Shown piece by piece: positions 12,026-24,657 of a stretch of DNA of 64,000 nucleotides. Each line of letters begins with the position of its first letter. The stretch's first letter is position 1. A program made the translations under genes and the position numbers. A model generated the notes under the pieces. The model was not told the DNA's origin. It did not search any database and saw only the letters and a program-made list of their open reading frames with translations. The stretch covers positions 310,001-374,000 of the forward strand of contig OZ218964.1 of the NCBI GenBank assembly GCA_965112735.1, read 5' to 3'. This DNA comes from Phaeosaccion multiseriatum (taxonomy: Eukaryota > Protista > Ochrophyta, other classes).

Positions 12026-13524
12026 CACACGCACACACACACACGCACAAACACGCACACACACACGCACACACACACGCACACACGCACACACACACCT
12101 GTAGTGGGCTCCTGGTAACGCTTGCTCTCTGTGTCAAACACCATCATTTGCCCCTTGGCTGCGTACTCCAGCACCAGGAACATGGCCCCATTCGCTTGAT
12201 CGTCAATCGCCTTCGGAGCGGAACGGAAGGAGGGGATGTGCACAGAGAGAGAGCTTGTGAGGGAGGGACCCTAGGACCAAGCACGTTGCGATGGCACCGG
12301 ATGGCATTAGGGGATGGTCACGCATTGGAGCTGCTTCCTGTCCACTCCTCCCCTCCCCTCTCCTCCCCATTTGGTTTGTCAATCGTACCTCCATTAGGCG
12401 CACGACATTGGGGTGTGAGAGACTCTTCATGATGGCCACCTCTCGGCGGATCTGCCAAGTGTGTTTGTGTGTATTTGTATGTGTGTGTGTATTTGTATGT
12501 GTGTGTATGGTTTGTGTGTGTGGGTGGGTGTGCGTGTTCCATGACGATTAACGCAGTTGGAGGGGACGGAGGACGGGTGGAGGGTGTACTTAGCACAAGG
12601 AAAGACACGCCAAAGAGAACGGCCGGTCGCGGGCCCCTTCCTGTGCTCCTTTCCTGTCTGTGCTTTGCTCTGTGCCTCACCCTGCTCATGACGTCGGCGG
12701 TTTCGCCTCTCGCCCCAAAGCCCTTAAGTCTTCTTAGCTTGGACTTGCGGAACATTTTCACAGCCTATAATACATTGCATTCAGTGTACAATGGCAAGCG
12801 TTTGTCAGAAGGACGAGGAAGATGGAGAGAGAGGGGCGTTAGGCGTGCTTTCCGTACTTTGCTTGCATATGGTCCCGCCCCTCAAGACCTCAACGACGCA
12901 AGCAAGCAAAGTACGCTTACGACACTGCTCGAGCGAGGCATGCCCCTATGCGAAAAGCATTCACAGGAGACACCCCTGAATCCGCCCTCCCCTTCGGCCT
13001 TCGGGCCTGGCAATGGCTGCTTTTGCCAAGCACACACACACACACTTTTAGATCAGCGAGGTACCCCACACTTACATAGAGGTCTGAACATGGCTCGCTC
13101 TCGTCAGACGCAGCACGAGGTGTTGGAGGATTTGTGCCCCCCCCCTCATCAGAGGATTGTGTCGTCTTTCGGTACAGCTTCACCTCCCCGGCGCCGCCCT
13201 GTCCAAGATCTCTCACAAACACGTACGCATCCAGTCCCCCTGTTGGAGTGAGGGTGTAGAGTCAAGGCGAGTGGGCGAGAGTCAGGAAAATGGTCCCAAG
13301 CGGGGGCATCTCTGTCACTTATCTGAACGACTATGATTAGACTGGCCTCACTCACCGCGCTCATCGTGCGTTGGCTCAATGCCAAGGGCACCTTCTTTCG
13401 TCGCTTCTCCTAAGCCCTCCGCTACGGCGTACCGTCCCGCTTTCCTCCCCCCGTCCTCCTTCCCGGTTGTTGCTGTTTCATGGCTTTGCTCCTGCTTCTC
13501 CCCCGCTATGCAATCGTAGCTCAT
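8843..13524 (-). CDS. Ser/Thr protein kinase, CaMKK/SAK1/GRIK-like, with C-terminal CaaX
   Basis: Spliced exons give [108 protein letters not shown] and [11 protein letters not shown]. Last exon 9392-8843 ends KSRTCLLS*. The start codon is tentative. Confidence 0.88.
10081..10172. repeat. 14-bp tandem repeat (GGTCAAGAGGTACC), about 6.5 copies, in a kinase intron
   Basis: Directly visible exact repeats. Confidence 0.9.
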
Positions 13525-14355
13525 CTGCCGCTACTCCTCCAGCTGCAAGTCTTTCTGGGGTATCCTTCCAGTGATGCTCTGGGTTTTGCTGCTGCTCCAA
13601 AAACGGGCTGTTGCCCTTCATCAGCATGGTGAACCCGTTCCCATCTCTCTGCTACGTATTCTAATACACGTCGAGGCTCCGTGTTGCGGCTCTATCATTG
13701 CTGCCTCTCTTCAAAGAGCCCGAGAATTGAATGGGGAGAAATGAAAAAAAATTTCAACAGCTGCCATCGGCTGCCATCGAGGACACCCGCTGGTTGGCGA
13801 GCGGTGAGATCCGGCCGAGGAGCGAACAAGCGAAGTCACACAGATATAGACGCAGAACCAGCACAGGAGAAGAGCGGACAATACTAACAGCTGATTAGGC
13901 TTCCCTATACCAGCCTGGTGAGCAACAGGGGGGCGTTTGCGCAGAGAAAACAGAGCAAGAGAACACGGGAGGGGAAGGGGGGGAGAGGAGAACAAGGAAG
14001 GAGTATACAACGGATGCAGCGAAGGATGATGTCCAAGAAGGGGGGATGGAACGATGTGCTTCGCCATAGGTCACTGGCCCCGATGACGGGCAAGCGTGGA
14101 CAGAACGCTTCTGTGTCGCTGTGTGATGGTAGAGGAAGTGAACGGCAGCACCAGGCGGATAGAGAAGAGTGGATATCCCTCCTTTACTGACATTTTTTCT
14201 GGTCCAGCCTCACGCTTGGGGAATGATCTGCTGCCTTCGCTTCCCTCCCTCTAACCCCCGACGGTTGTTCTCTGCCCTGTCGCATCTTCTCTCTCCCCTC
14301 AGAAGCTGCTGTACTCGCAGGGAAGGTACTGAGGAAGGGAAGGAAGGTAGGCGTT

Positions 14356-17300
14356 ATGTCATACATGATGCAGCCGCAGATTATCCTCCTTCGGGAAGGG
14401 ACCGACCAGTCCCAGGGAAAGGCCCAGCTCATCTCCAACATCAACGCGTGCCAGGTACGTGCCTGTGTCGTCCTTGGGGGCGAGACCAGAGAGCAGAGAG
14501 CAACAGTGGGTCAGAGGACTGTGTCACCGTGCCTGCTCCCATCCTCTTACGCTTCGTACGGCATACCAGACTTGAGAGCGAGAGAGAGAGCGGGGGTGGG
14601 GTGGGGCACAGAACCCCTTGACCTCCGTACTCATCACTCGCGCCCCAATCACCTGCTTTCACTGTGGGTGCTGCCTTTGCGCCGGGCACGTCTTGCGAGC
14701 ACGACGAACGGCTCCCTCCTCCCCTCTGTCTCTCCACTCACTCTCTCTTTCTCTCTGTCTCCCCTGCCCACCATCCACCCACCCCAGGGAGTGATGGACT
14801 CAGTGCGCACCACTCTCGGACCTCGAGGCATGGACAAGCTCGTGTTTGACGGTCAGAACGTCACCATCTCCAACGACGGCGCCACCATCATGAAACTGCT
14901 TGACATTGTCCATCCCGCCGCCAAGGTTGGTGCTCTGCGGACACCATCGAGCGTATGTGTTGTGTTTGTGTCCCTGTGTTTTCCTTCTTGCCCCCATCTT
15001 CTTCGCCCGGTTCCCTTTCATAATGCTAGCCAAGCAAGTAGCATGGCATCCTCTCACCTCCCCCCCCCCACCCCCCTTTTCCTCTCCCTCTCCCTCCCTA
15101 CCCCCAAACCACCCATCGACCGCTCGACAACACACGAAACAGACGTTGGTGGACATTTCCATGAGTCAGGATGCAGAGGTGGGGGACGGGACGACATCGG
15201 TGGTACTCCTTGCTGCTGAGATGCTCAAGCATGTCAAGCCCTTCGTGGAGGACGGAGTGCACCCTCAGGTGGGTATGGGGTATGGGGTATGGGGTGTGGG
15301 ATATGGGGTATAGGGTATGGGGTATGGGGTATGGGGTATAGGGTATAGGGTATGGCTATTGGGTATGGGGTATGGGGTATGGGGTATAGTGTGTGGGGTA
15401 TGGGGTATACGGTATGGGGTATAGGGTTTGGGGTATAGGGAATGGGGTAGGGGGTATGGGGTATAGGGTATGGGGTATGGGGTATGGGGTATGGGGTCGG
15501 GCACAAGGGCAAAGAGAAGGAGAGGAGAGAAGAATGGAAGACGAGTTCTTCGGTTCAGTTCTGTCTGTTTGGCTTCGCTTCGCTTCGGTTCGATCGCATT
15601 CCACAGGCGCGGTCCGTGTACCCCACCCATCCCCCCCCTACACCGCGCCTCCCTCCAGTGCCACGCTCTCTCAGTGCCATTTTCCGGCCTTGTGCAACCT
15701 GCCTCCCTGTCCTTTCCCTCACCACCCCCTCCTCTGTGGCTGTGCTACCCCCCTTGACACATGCACTGCATCCTCTGCTGCCGCCGCTGCTGGCCCTGCT
15801 GCTGCTGCTGGTTTTGCTTGTCCTACGCCACAGGTGATCGTCCGCGGACTAAGAGCAGCGTGCGAAGTGGCCGTCCGAACATTGAATGCTCTGGTAAGTG
15901 GCATGTGCCCCGCTCTCCTCTCGCCCTGTCCCCTCCCCCCCCCCCCCCCCCTGAGCCTCTCCAACCCTCCTCAATGCTCCCAACCCTACCAGAGCGTCAA
16001 GTCCACCTCCGACGAGGGTGCGCGGGAGGTGCTGCTGAAGTGTGCGGGCACAGCGCTCAACAGTAAGCTTATTGCGGGGCACAAGGCTCTCTTCGCCCCC
16101 ATGGTGGTGGACGCCGTGTCCATGTTGGACCAACACTTGGTGAGTGCGTGGAATGAGCCTCTCTCTCTGCTGCTCTCGCGGCTGTGCTGTGCTTGACTCT
16201 TTGCTTGACTCTCTGGTATGCCCTGCCCTGTGGGTGGGATGGCAGTGTGTGGAGGTGTGCATCTGTCTAAGCCCCCCCCCCCCCCTGCCCCCCTGTGTCC
16301 TGACACCCTGTGTGGCTCACAGATGGACATTAAGATGGTGGGCGTGAAGAAGGTGCCCGGCGGTAGTGTGAGCGACTCTTTCCTTGTGGACGGAGTGGCC
16401 TTCAAGAAGACCTTCTCCTACGCAGGCTTCGAGCAGATGCAGAAGATGTACTCCAATGCCAAGGCAAGTGTCTTGGTCTCCCCTCACTCCCTCCCTCCCT
16501 CCTCACCAAGCTATGCTCTTCTGCCTTCCGCCTCATGCATCTGGGCGTGTATGCTCTCTTACATGCAAACCTCTAACCTCCCCCACGCGCTCTTTCCCCG
16601 GCCCCTCCCTCCCCCCCCCCGTCTCCCCTCGCGTATCACCATCAGGTGCTGCTCCTGAACGTGGAGCTGGAGCTCAAGTCTGAGAAGGAGAATGCCGAGG
16701 TGCGCATCACCTCCCCCGCGGACTATCAGAAGATCGTGGACGCCGAGTGGAGCATCATCTACGACAAACTCGAGAAGTAAGTTTCCAGTCCAAGTTCAGG
16801 GCATTTGTCGTTGAAAAAGACCAAGTACACGTGATACATCACGGCGGTGGAGAGCTTGTGGCGTGCTACTGCAGAGCTACCTGCCTGCCGCCCCTGATGT
16901 GCTGGAGAGTATGCTGGAGAGTGGTCTTCTCCTTCTCTACAACCGCAGGCTGGAAGGGCAGGACGTTGCTATACTTCCCTCCTAACGAGTGACGCTGCGT
17001 GTACCCTGTGCCCTGCGCCCTGCCTTGCCCTGCCCATGAATTGCCATCCCTGTATCCGCCATCCAATGCCATCCACTGCCGCATCAGGTGTGTGGCGAGC
17101 GGTGCCTCTGTGATCCTGTCCAAGCTGCCCATCGGGGACCTTGCCACACAGTACTTCGCTGATAGGCACCTCTTCTGCGCGGGACGGGTCGACGCAGACG
17201 ATCTCGACAGAGTCGCCAAGGCCACGGGCGGAGCTGTGCAGACCAGGTGAGGGAGGGGCAGGGGGAGAGAGGGGGGGGTGGAGTGTGGTGAGTGTGAAGG

Positions 17301-18957
17301 GCAGGCGGCGGGGGAGGTGAAGGAGGGGGGAGGTAGGTGCCTGTGGTGGTGCCTGTCGCCCTGGATTGGATGGGGATCCGTGTAAGGCGTGTACTGCCTG
17401 CGGTAGGACGTGCAGCGTGCGTGTGCGTGCGTGTGTGAGTGTGTGTGGGTGCGTACGGGTGTGTCTCTCCCCTCCCTTTACCCCCCTTCCCCCCCCCCCT
17501 CTCTCCCTCTTCTCTACAGTGTGCACGGCATCACAGCAGAAGTGCTTGGGCTGTGCGGCAAGTTCGAGGAGAGGCAGCTCGGAGACGAGAGATACAACGT
17601 GTTCACAGGCTGCCCCGCCGCTAAGACAGCGACCATCATCCTCAGGGGAGGCAGCGAGCAGTTCCTGGAGGAGAGTCACCGGTCCATTCACGACGCGCTC
17701 ATGATTGTCAAAAGGTGTGTGTGTGTGTGTGTGTGTTTATGGGTGTATAGGATCACTCCCTTTCCCTCCCCTACGTATCAGTCGTTTCAAGCCCTTTTCC
17801 CTCACATGTGTCTGCCTCCCTCCCTCTTCTGCCCCCCCCTCCTTCTTGCTCCCTCCCTCCCTCCCTCCCTGCCTGCCGTGTGAGCTAAGGTCGCTCAAGT
17901 CGTGTGAAGTGGTGGCGGGGGGTGGGGCCATCGAGATGGAGCTGTCCAAGGCCCTGCGGGAAGAGGCCAAGACTATCAAGGGCAAGCTGCAGCTCATCAT
18001 GACCAGCGTCGCCAAGGCCTTAGAGGTGAGCAAGTGGGGCGTAAGTGGGCGTGGTTGGGTGGGTGCGTGGTTGGGTGCGTGCGTGCGTGGGTGGGTGGGT
18101 GCATATGTCCCACATTCAGTACATTCATCGTCGAGCAACAAGGGTGAACAGCTGCCGAGCGTGGCGAAGAAGAACGGAGGGGAGGGGGAGAAGGGCTCAT
18201 CGTGCTGATGCCAATACCCTGTGGGAGGCAGGCACACACACACATGCATGCACATGCACATGCGCATACGTCATGCTAACCATGGCAGTGGCAATACCTT
18301 CTCTCCCCTCCGCACGCACACGCACCCAGATCATCCCCCGACAGCTTGCGGACAATGCGGGATTCGACGCCACGGACTTGCTCAATAGACTGCGACAGAA
18401 GCACTTCCAACCGGCGGCAGGGGAGGAGGACGGCAAGTGGTTTGGAGTGGACGTGAATGAGGAAGGTATTGTAGACACCTTCAAATCGGGTGTGTGGGAG
18501 CCGACCATCAACAAGCGCAACTCCATTGCTTCTGCGTGTGAGGCCGCCTGCCTCATTCTCAGTATCGATGAAACCGTCAAGAACCCCCAGGTTCGTGCCG
18601 GTGTGAAGGAACGGAGGAGCGTGGTGAAGCGTTCACTCACCCACTCACTCACTCGCTCACTCTATAGTATTTCCCACTCTCACTCCCTCCCTCTAAAGCA
18701 TAACTCACTTACTCCCTCACTCCCTCCCTCCCACACCTGCCTCTCCTTCTCTCCCTCCCTCCCTCCCTCCCTCCCACACTCCCACCCCACAGAGCGAGAA
18801 GCCGGGGGCGCCAAGCCAAGGCGTGGGTCTGCAGAGGGGCGGCCCCGTGTCGCAGGGTATGGGCGGGGCGGGCATGGCAGGGATGATGGGCGGGGGAGGC
18901 AGGGGCGGCAGGCTGCCCAGGGGAGTCAGGAAAATGAAGGGCCGGGGAGGGGCTTGA
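14356..18957 (+). CDS. CCT7: T-complex protein 1 subunit eta (CCT7), multi-exon
   Basis: [120 protein letters not shown] and [10 protein letters not shown]; Gly/Met/Arg-rich tail; TGA at 18955-18957. Confidence 0.97.
15270..15497 (+). repeat. (TATGGGG/TATAGGG)n G-rich heptamer satellite in a CCT7 intron
   Basis: About 30 degenerate copies starting right at the donor site. Confidence 0.9.
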
Positions 18958-19411
18958 GGAGGGAGGTGGAGCAGGAGCAGGAGAAGGAGAAGGATCAGCG
19001 CAGGGCTTGTTGGAGCAGCACACAAAACAATTCCTGTTGGTGCCGTGCGTGCGTGCGTGCGTGCGTGCGTGTGTGCGTGCGTGCGCGCGTGTCGTGAGGG
19101 AAGGGGTAACTCGCCCAGGCACAGAGAGGGAGAGCAGCAGGCGATGACGAAGGAGAGAGAGAGAGCAAGTGGAGTGGAGTGGTAGCACCCCCCTAGGAGA
19201 GGGGGGGGTTCGTTTAGCTTTAAGAAGGCAAATCAGAGACCCTCACTTCATGCTGACAAAGTGTGTCTACTTCCACTTGGGTGTTTGCGTGTCGTGTTGA
19301 CATTCGACCTTCACCACCTGCGATATAACAACCCACTGCTACTTGGGCAGGGCCATACTGCTTACGACAGGGCTGCACTGCTTACACTTACACTGCGTAC
19401 TCACTACATAC

Positions 19412-20337
19412 TTACAAGAGCCGCAAACGACACTTGGCGGCGGTGGTCGTGGTCAGACGCGCAGAGTGTGCCTCCCTCTCTTCCGCCTCCATTCCCTCCT
19501 CCTCCTCCTCCTCCTGCTGCTGCTGGTGCTGCTGCTCCTGCTGCTGCTGCTCCTGCCGCACTACGCTACCGCTGACAATTTCGTATTGGCCGGACACGTA
19601 GAGCTCCTCCCTGTCCGTGTCTTTCACCCCCGCAGTCCTCCACTGCACACGGTTCCCGGCCCCGTCCACCATGGTCACAAGGGCAGCAGTTGGTGATACA
19701 GCAATGTCCTCTATGACCACCTGCAGCAGCAGCAATTGGACAGTGTGTTTGGGCGGGGCGGCGCGGCGTGAGACAGGCGACGGACGGGATGCGCTGAAAC
19801 GTCGCAACGTTTCCACCCTCCCAGTAGGAGAGGCACCGGACAGAAAGAGAGAGACACAAGGCGAGAGGAGACAAGGCAGCCAGGGGCTAGACAGACGCAC
19901 CTACGCGCAAGCACACAGGCGTACACACACACACACACACACTCACACACACACACACATACACACACACATACACACACACATATACACACACACACAT
20001 ACACACACATACACACACACACACACTCACTCACACACACACACACACACACACCTGCACTCCTCGCAAGGACGCCCCTGGCGGCAGCGGACAGGGCACC
20101 AGACCTCGCACCTCCTCCCCCTCTTCCTTGCTGTGGGGAGGGCTCAGCAGCGAGGCCGGGCACGCCTTGCCTCTTCCTCTCGGGTCTATCCCTGCAAGGA
20201 GGCGATACTCCTTCACCCACAGCACGAGCTCAGACAAGTCCACCATGCTCTCTATGGGGGCCTGGCAGCCAGTCAGGCAGTTAGGTGGGGGGTGGGTGGG
20301 GGCAGGAAGGAAGGGAAGGGAACGGCAGGGTTGGTTG

Positions 20338-20372
<35 letters not shown>

Positions 20373-20373
20373 C

Positions 20374-20419
<46 letters not shown>

Positions 20420-20611
20420 AGATTGATTGATTGATTGATTGATTGGGCAGACAGAGTCTGTCAAGAGCTGTCTGTCTGTCTTGACTTTTTTGGATCGGGG
20501 TAGCAAGAGGAAATGCTGCGAGAAAGACAGCGTACACACACGCACAACCACAGGAAGGAAGGAACGAAGGATGCAAGGAAGAAGGAAAGAAAGAAAGATG
20601 CAAGAAAGAAA

Positions 20612-20684
<73 letters not shown>

Positions 20685-21771
20685 GAACGAAGGGAGGGGG
20701 GAAGGAAGGGAGGAAGAAAGAGAGGGCAAGTGAATCAATCGCACCTTGAGTTTCAGAGCCTCTTCCACGAGCTGCATCACCTCGAGCGCACTGGTGCCCT
20801 CCTGCTCGCCCACCCCCCCCCAGTGCCACTTGGGGTTGAAGCGTAGCCCGAGCCCCAAGGCCTTGCTCGCGTCCACCACTCCTCCGTGGCGAGAGCACAC
20901 ATCGACGAAGTCAATGATTCTCACGAAGGGTTTGGGGGAAGCGGCGATGAGATCCCGCCGCTGCGCGGATGTGAGGCCCTTGTTGGGAAGGGGAGAGAGG
21001 GGAGAGGAGAGAAGAAAGAGGGGAAAGGGGGGGGGTATTGATCAGCGCACATGCAACTTCCTCTTCCCTTCGTATGCATAGATGAGCTACCGAAGCGGCA
21101 ACAGCTTCGACTGCTGCACGGGCCGGAGAAACCGGCGTCGACCGCAGCACGGCAGCGGAGGGAGTACTTGCTTCCTCTCCTCCCCACGCGTATGACTTGG
21201 GCTTACCCATCACTTGGCTATGCTGTGTTGCGTGTGTGGGCGCGTGCGTGTGTGTGCGGATGTGTGTGCGTGCGTGTGTGTATGATTCCATACATGTTAT
21301 GCTCGGTCCTCGGCTCACCTTCTGGCTAAGGTCCACGACAGGGCGGGTGCCCCTTCCCAGCATTTGCATATATAGTGAAGCTGCAAGGCGGAGGCGAGGG
21401 GTGAGGGTGGAGGGGTGAGGGGTGTCAGGACAGAGGTGAAGACGGGGATGGAAGCATTGAGGTATTACATGCGTCTTGGTCGCAGATGCGAAATCCCCTA
21501 CAGGGTGCAACCCCTCCCCGTGCCAGGAGGGTCAGCCACTGCCATTCGCTGCCATCCATTCCCATCCACTGCCATCCACGTACGGGAGAGGACAGGCCTG
21601 CCCATGACCACGGTGTTGCAGTGCGGTGCGTCGAAGCCCTCCGTTAGGACAGCGAAGTTGGTGAGCACTTGCACGGAGCCGTCGTTAAAGGCGGACAGAG
21701 CGGCCTTGCGGTCGGTCTGCGAGGGGGGTGAAAAGACGAGGAGGGAGATGCGCACGGACACACAGAGAGAG

Positions 21772-21824
<53 letters not shown>

Positions 21825-24273
21825 TGGAGGGAGAGAACGAGAGAGAGAGAGAGATGGAGGGAGAGAACGAGAAGAGCCTTAAGAAGGAGAGGGCAGAACC
21901 AGCACGGCAAGCACGAGGAGAATGGTATGTCCCTCGTCCCGCTTCCCACCTTATCCATGGCCCCGTGAATTGCTCGGCTCGGAAATCCTTTCTGCTCCAG
22001 CGTAGCGGCAAGGTCGTGCGCATGCTTCACTCCAGCGCAGAACACAATCGCTCGGACCTTCTCCTTCTGATCGTCCGACCCGCAGCGTAGACATGCAAGA
22101 GAGACAAGTGGCGGGCAGCAAGAAAGTGGAGGCAGGCAACACCGTGCCAATGAGAGAGGGAGGGGAGGCTTGGGGACGACGGAGCAGAGTAGAATGGGCC
22201 ATGTGCGCTGCTACTAGCAGAAGCAGATGTGAGCCCCTCCCCGCCTTCTCCTCCGCTTGTGATGAGGCTTTGATGTTGGTGATACACTCACAGGCCCGCA
22301 GAAGTCGAGCAGGGCCTTGGCCACCGCGGTATTGCGCTTGTCGTTGTTGACGCAGCTCTCCAGGGAGGTGGGGGAGAAGTCGCTCATGCGCACCTACCAT
22401 GAAGGAAGGAATGAATGAAGAAAAGAATGAAGGAATGCTATTCGTTCGATGAGCGGCCAAGAAGCACTTGCCGCCTAAGTTAGTTGTTGGTGCTGCGGGG
22501 AAGGAAAGAAAGAAGGAAGGAAGGAAGGAGGGTGGGTGGCTCGGCTCACTCACCTTGACGCCGCTAACGTCTGTGACGGTGTAGACCGAGTAGCAGCGCA
22601 TGTCCACGAGGTACCCGTTGGTGATGCCCTGCGGAGGGGGGGGCGGGGAGAGCGGGCATGCGCAGGTGGTGGGTCGGTCCATCGATCGGTCGGTCAGGGC
22701 GACGGTGTGGAACAAGGAGCAAGCCCTTTCCAAAGCAGTGTAGGCTACTCGTCATGTGATTCGTTCGTTCATACATACATACATACATACATACATACAT
22801 GCATACATACATACATACATACGTACATACATACATACATACATACATACATACGGTTACGTACCCACTTGATGTTGAGTTCCTTGACGCTGTGGTCGAA
22901 GAAGGGCTTGAGGGAGCGCCGGTCTGCTCTGTAGGGGGTGGCGGTGAAGCCCGCCAGGAGCTTGTCACTGGGCCAAGAGGAGGAGGAGAAGGAGGAGGAG
23001 GAAAGGGCGCGTGAGTAGGCACCCTCGCGCACTCGCCCACAAGCATCATAGTCCTCTTCTGTAGATGTGGGCAAACGAGGCATTCTCGCGGTGCATGTAC
23101 GCCGTCCCTTACCCTTCCTTACCACACGGAACGGTCCTGGAGCGTTTGACCCCCTCCTCTTCTCACCTACAATGAGCCCATTCTCCTCCCTGAGAGTTGC
23201 AGGGTGGGTCGCAATGACGAGCCAAACGAGGAGTTGGAGAGGAACAGAAACAGCAGTTGGTGGTGCAGCAACCATCTGAAGGGGTTGAAATAAAAAGAGC
23301 CCTGTGTGCAGCCCTGCTCCTTCCTCCACCTCAGCCCCTGCGGCCCCCGCTGGTGCCTCACCTTCATCTGCTGCTGCTCCTTTCTCTTGCTGCCCACCCC
23401 GAGCGAGTTGAGGACGTAGTCGTAGGTCCCACCCTTCTTGAGGTGATGCGCCTCGTCAACAATCACCACCCCACCCCATCCTGCCGCGAGAGAGAGGAAG
23501 CAAAGAAGAACGAAATGCGTGAGCGACAGAATGGAGGCATAAACGAGAGACGCAACAGAGAACCGTCAGGACGGCGGCTCGGCGCAACGAGGGCTGAAAC
23601 AAACAGAGTACTGCTGGAGCTGAAATCACACCGCAGGTGAATAGACATTGTGCATCCGACCTTTGCCCAGCTTTTTCAGCCTCGCCACGCCCGTCTCGGA
23701 CCGGCCCAAAGTCTGCACAGAGGCAACAATGATGTCTACTCCTGGCCGGGCTGTCCTCTTCGCCTGCTCCACTCCAACCTGTGGGTGGGCATCATTTTGG
23801 AGATAGAGGCCGCGAGAGAGAGAGACTTATGTGCATGGACATTGGGTTCAAGTCACTTCTCTCCTTCCTTCCCCGCGATGCGGGTTTGTTTTTTCTCACC
23901 TTTAAATGTGGGAGCCACCTCCCCAGGGCTGCCACCGTTTGGGTAACGAGCTCATCTCTGTGCACGAGTATCAGGGTTCCGCGCTGCAGCAGCGAGGGAG
24001 GGACGAAGAGCGGGAGGTGGCAGAAGACCACAGTCTTGCCGAGCCCAGTGGCCAAGGGGAAGAGCAAGCGACGCTTGCCTTTCTCGTCATAGAGCTGGCG
24101 AGCTTGGCGCAGGACAGCTCGCTGAAAAGGATACAGCCAGGCTCCCCCTACTGCCGCTGCTGCTGCTACAGCGTAGTCAAGCACGGACAGGGAATAGAAG
24201 TCAAGGGGGTGGGGCCTTCAATAAAAGTGTTCCGCCGCATGGAGTAGTTCTTACCTGCCGCCTTCACTGTCAT
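19412..24273 (-). CDS. SF2 DEAH helicase, Irc3/SSL2(ResIII)-like, multi-exon
   Basis: LYPFQ (Q motif), LATGLGKTVVF (I), ILVHRDELVTQ (Ia), VASVQTL, VIVDEAHH (II), GFTATPYRAD (III), AIVFCAGVKHA (IV), LTEGFDAP (V), YMQMLGRGTR (VI), IIDFVD. Includes a 23-nt micro-exon at 23167-23189. Confidence 0.9.
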
Positions 24274-24657
24274 CTTAGGTTCGCGCTGGGGCAATAGACG
24301 GAGTCCCTTAGGAAGCACATTGGAGGGGACGAAAAGAGAAAGAGAGAAAAGGAGAAGGGAGAAGGAGAAAAGAGGGTTTGGAGGGGATCCTTAATGTTTG
24401 GAGGGGATCCTCGAGTGTTGGTGATCCGTGGCGTCGAAAACTGTGATTTGTTTTGTTATTCTCCCGGACCTGGCTGCCTCCTGGCCTTCCCCCAAAATAT
24501 CTTCGCGTCGCGAAGCCACGATACCGCGAGTCTGTGCAGTCCCGAGCTCCTTAGCTGTGTAGACAACGGGAGCTAGTAGGGGGGAGGACGGAGAGCTCAA
24601 GAGGGGAGAGGGAGAGAGACTTCAAGGAGGGGGGGAGAGAAGGCAAAAGGGAAAGAG

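Noticed and set aside
14356-18957. Intronic snoRNAs in CCT7/SSRP1, or tRNA/rRNA genes anywhere in the window
   Set aside because: No convincing C/D box pairs with terminal stems, cloverleaf patterns or rRNA-like sequence seen by eye; a covariance-model search would be needed to exclude them.
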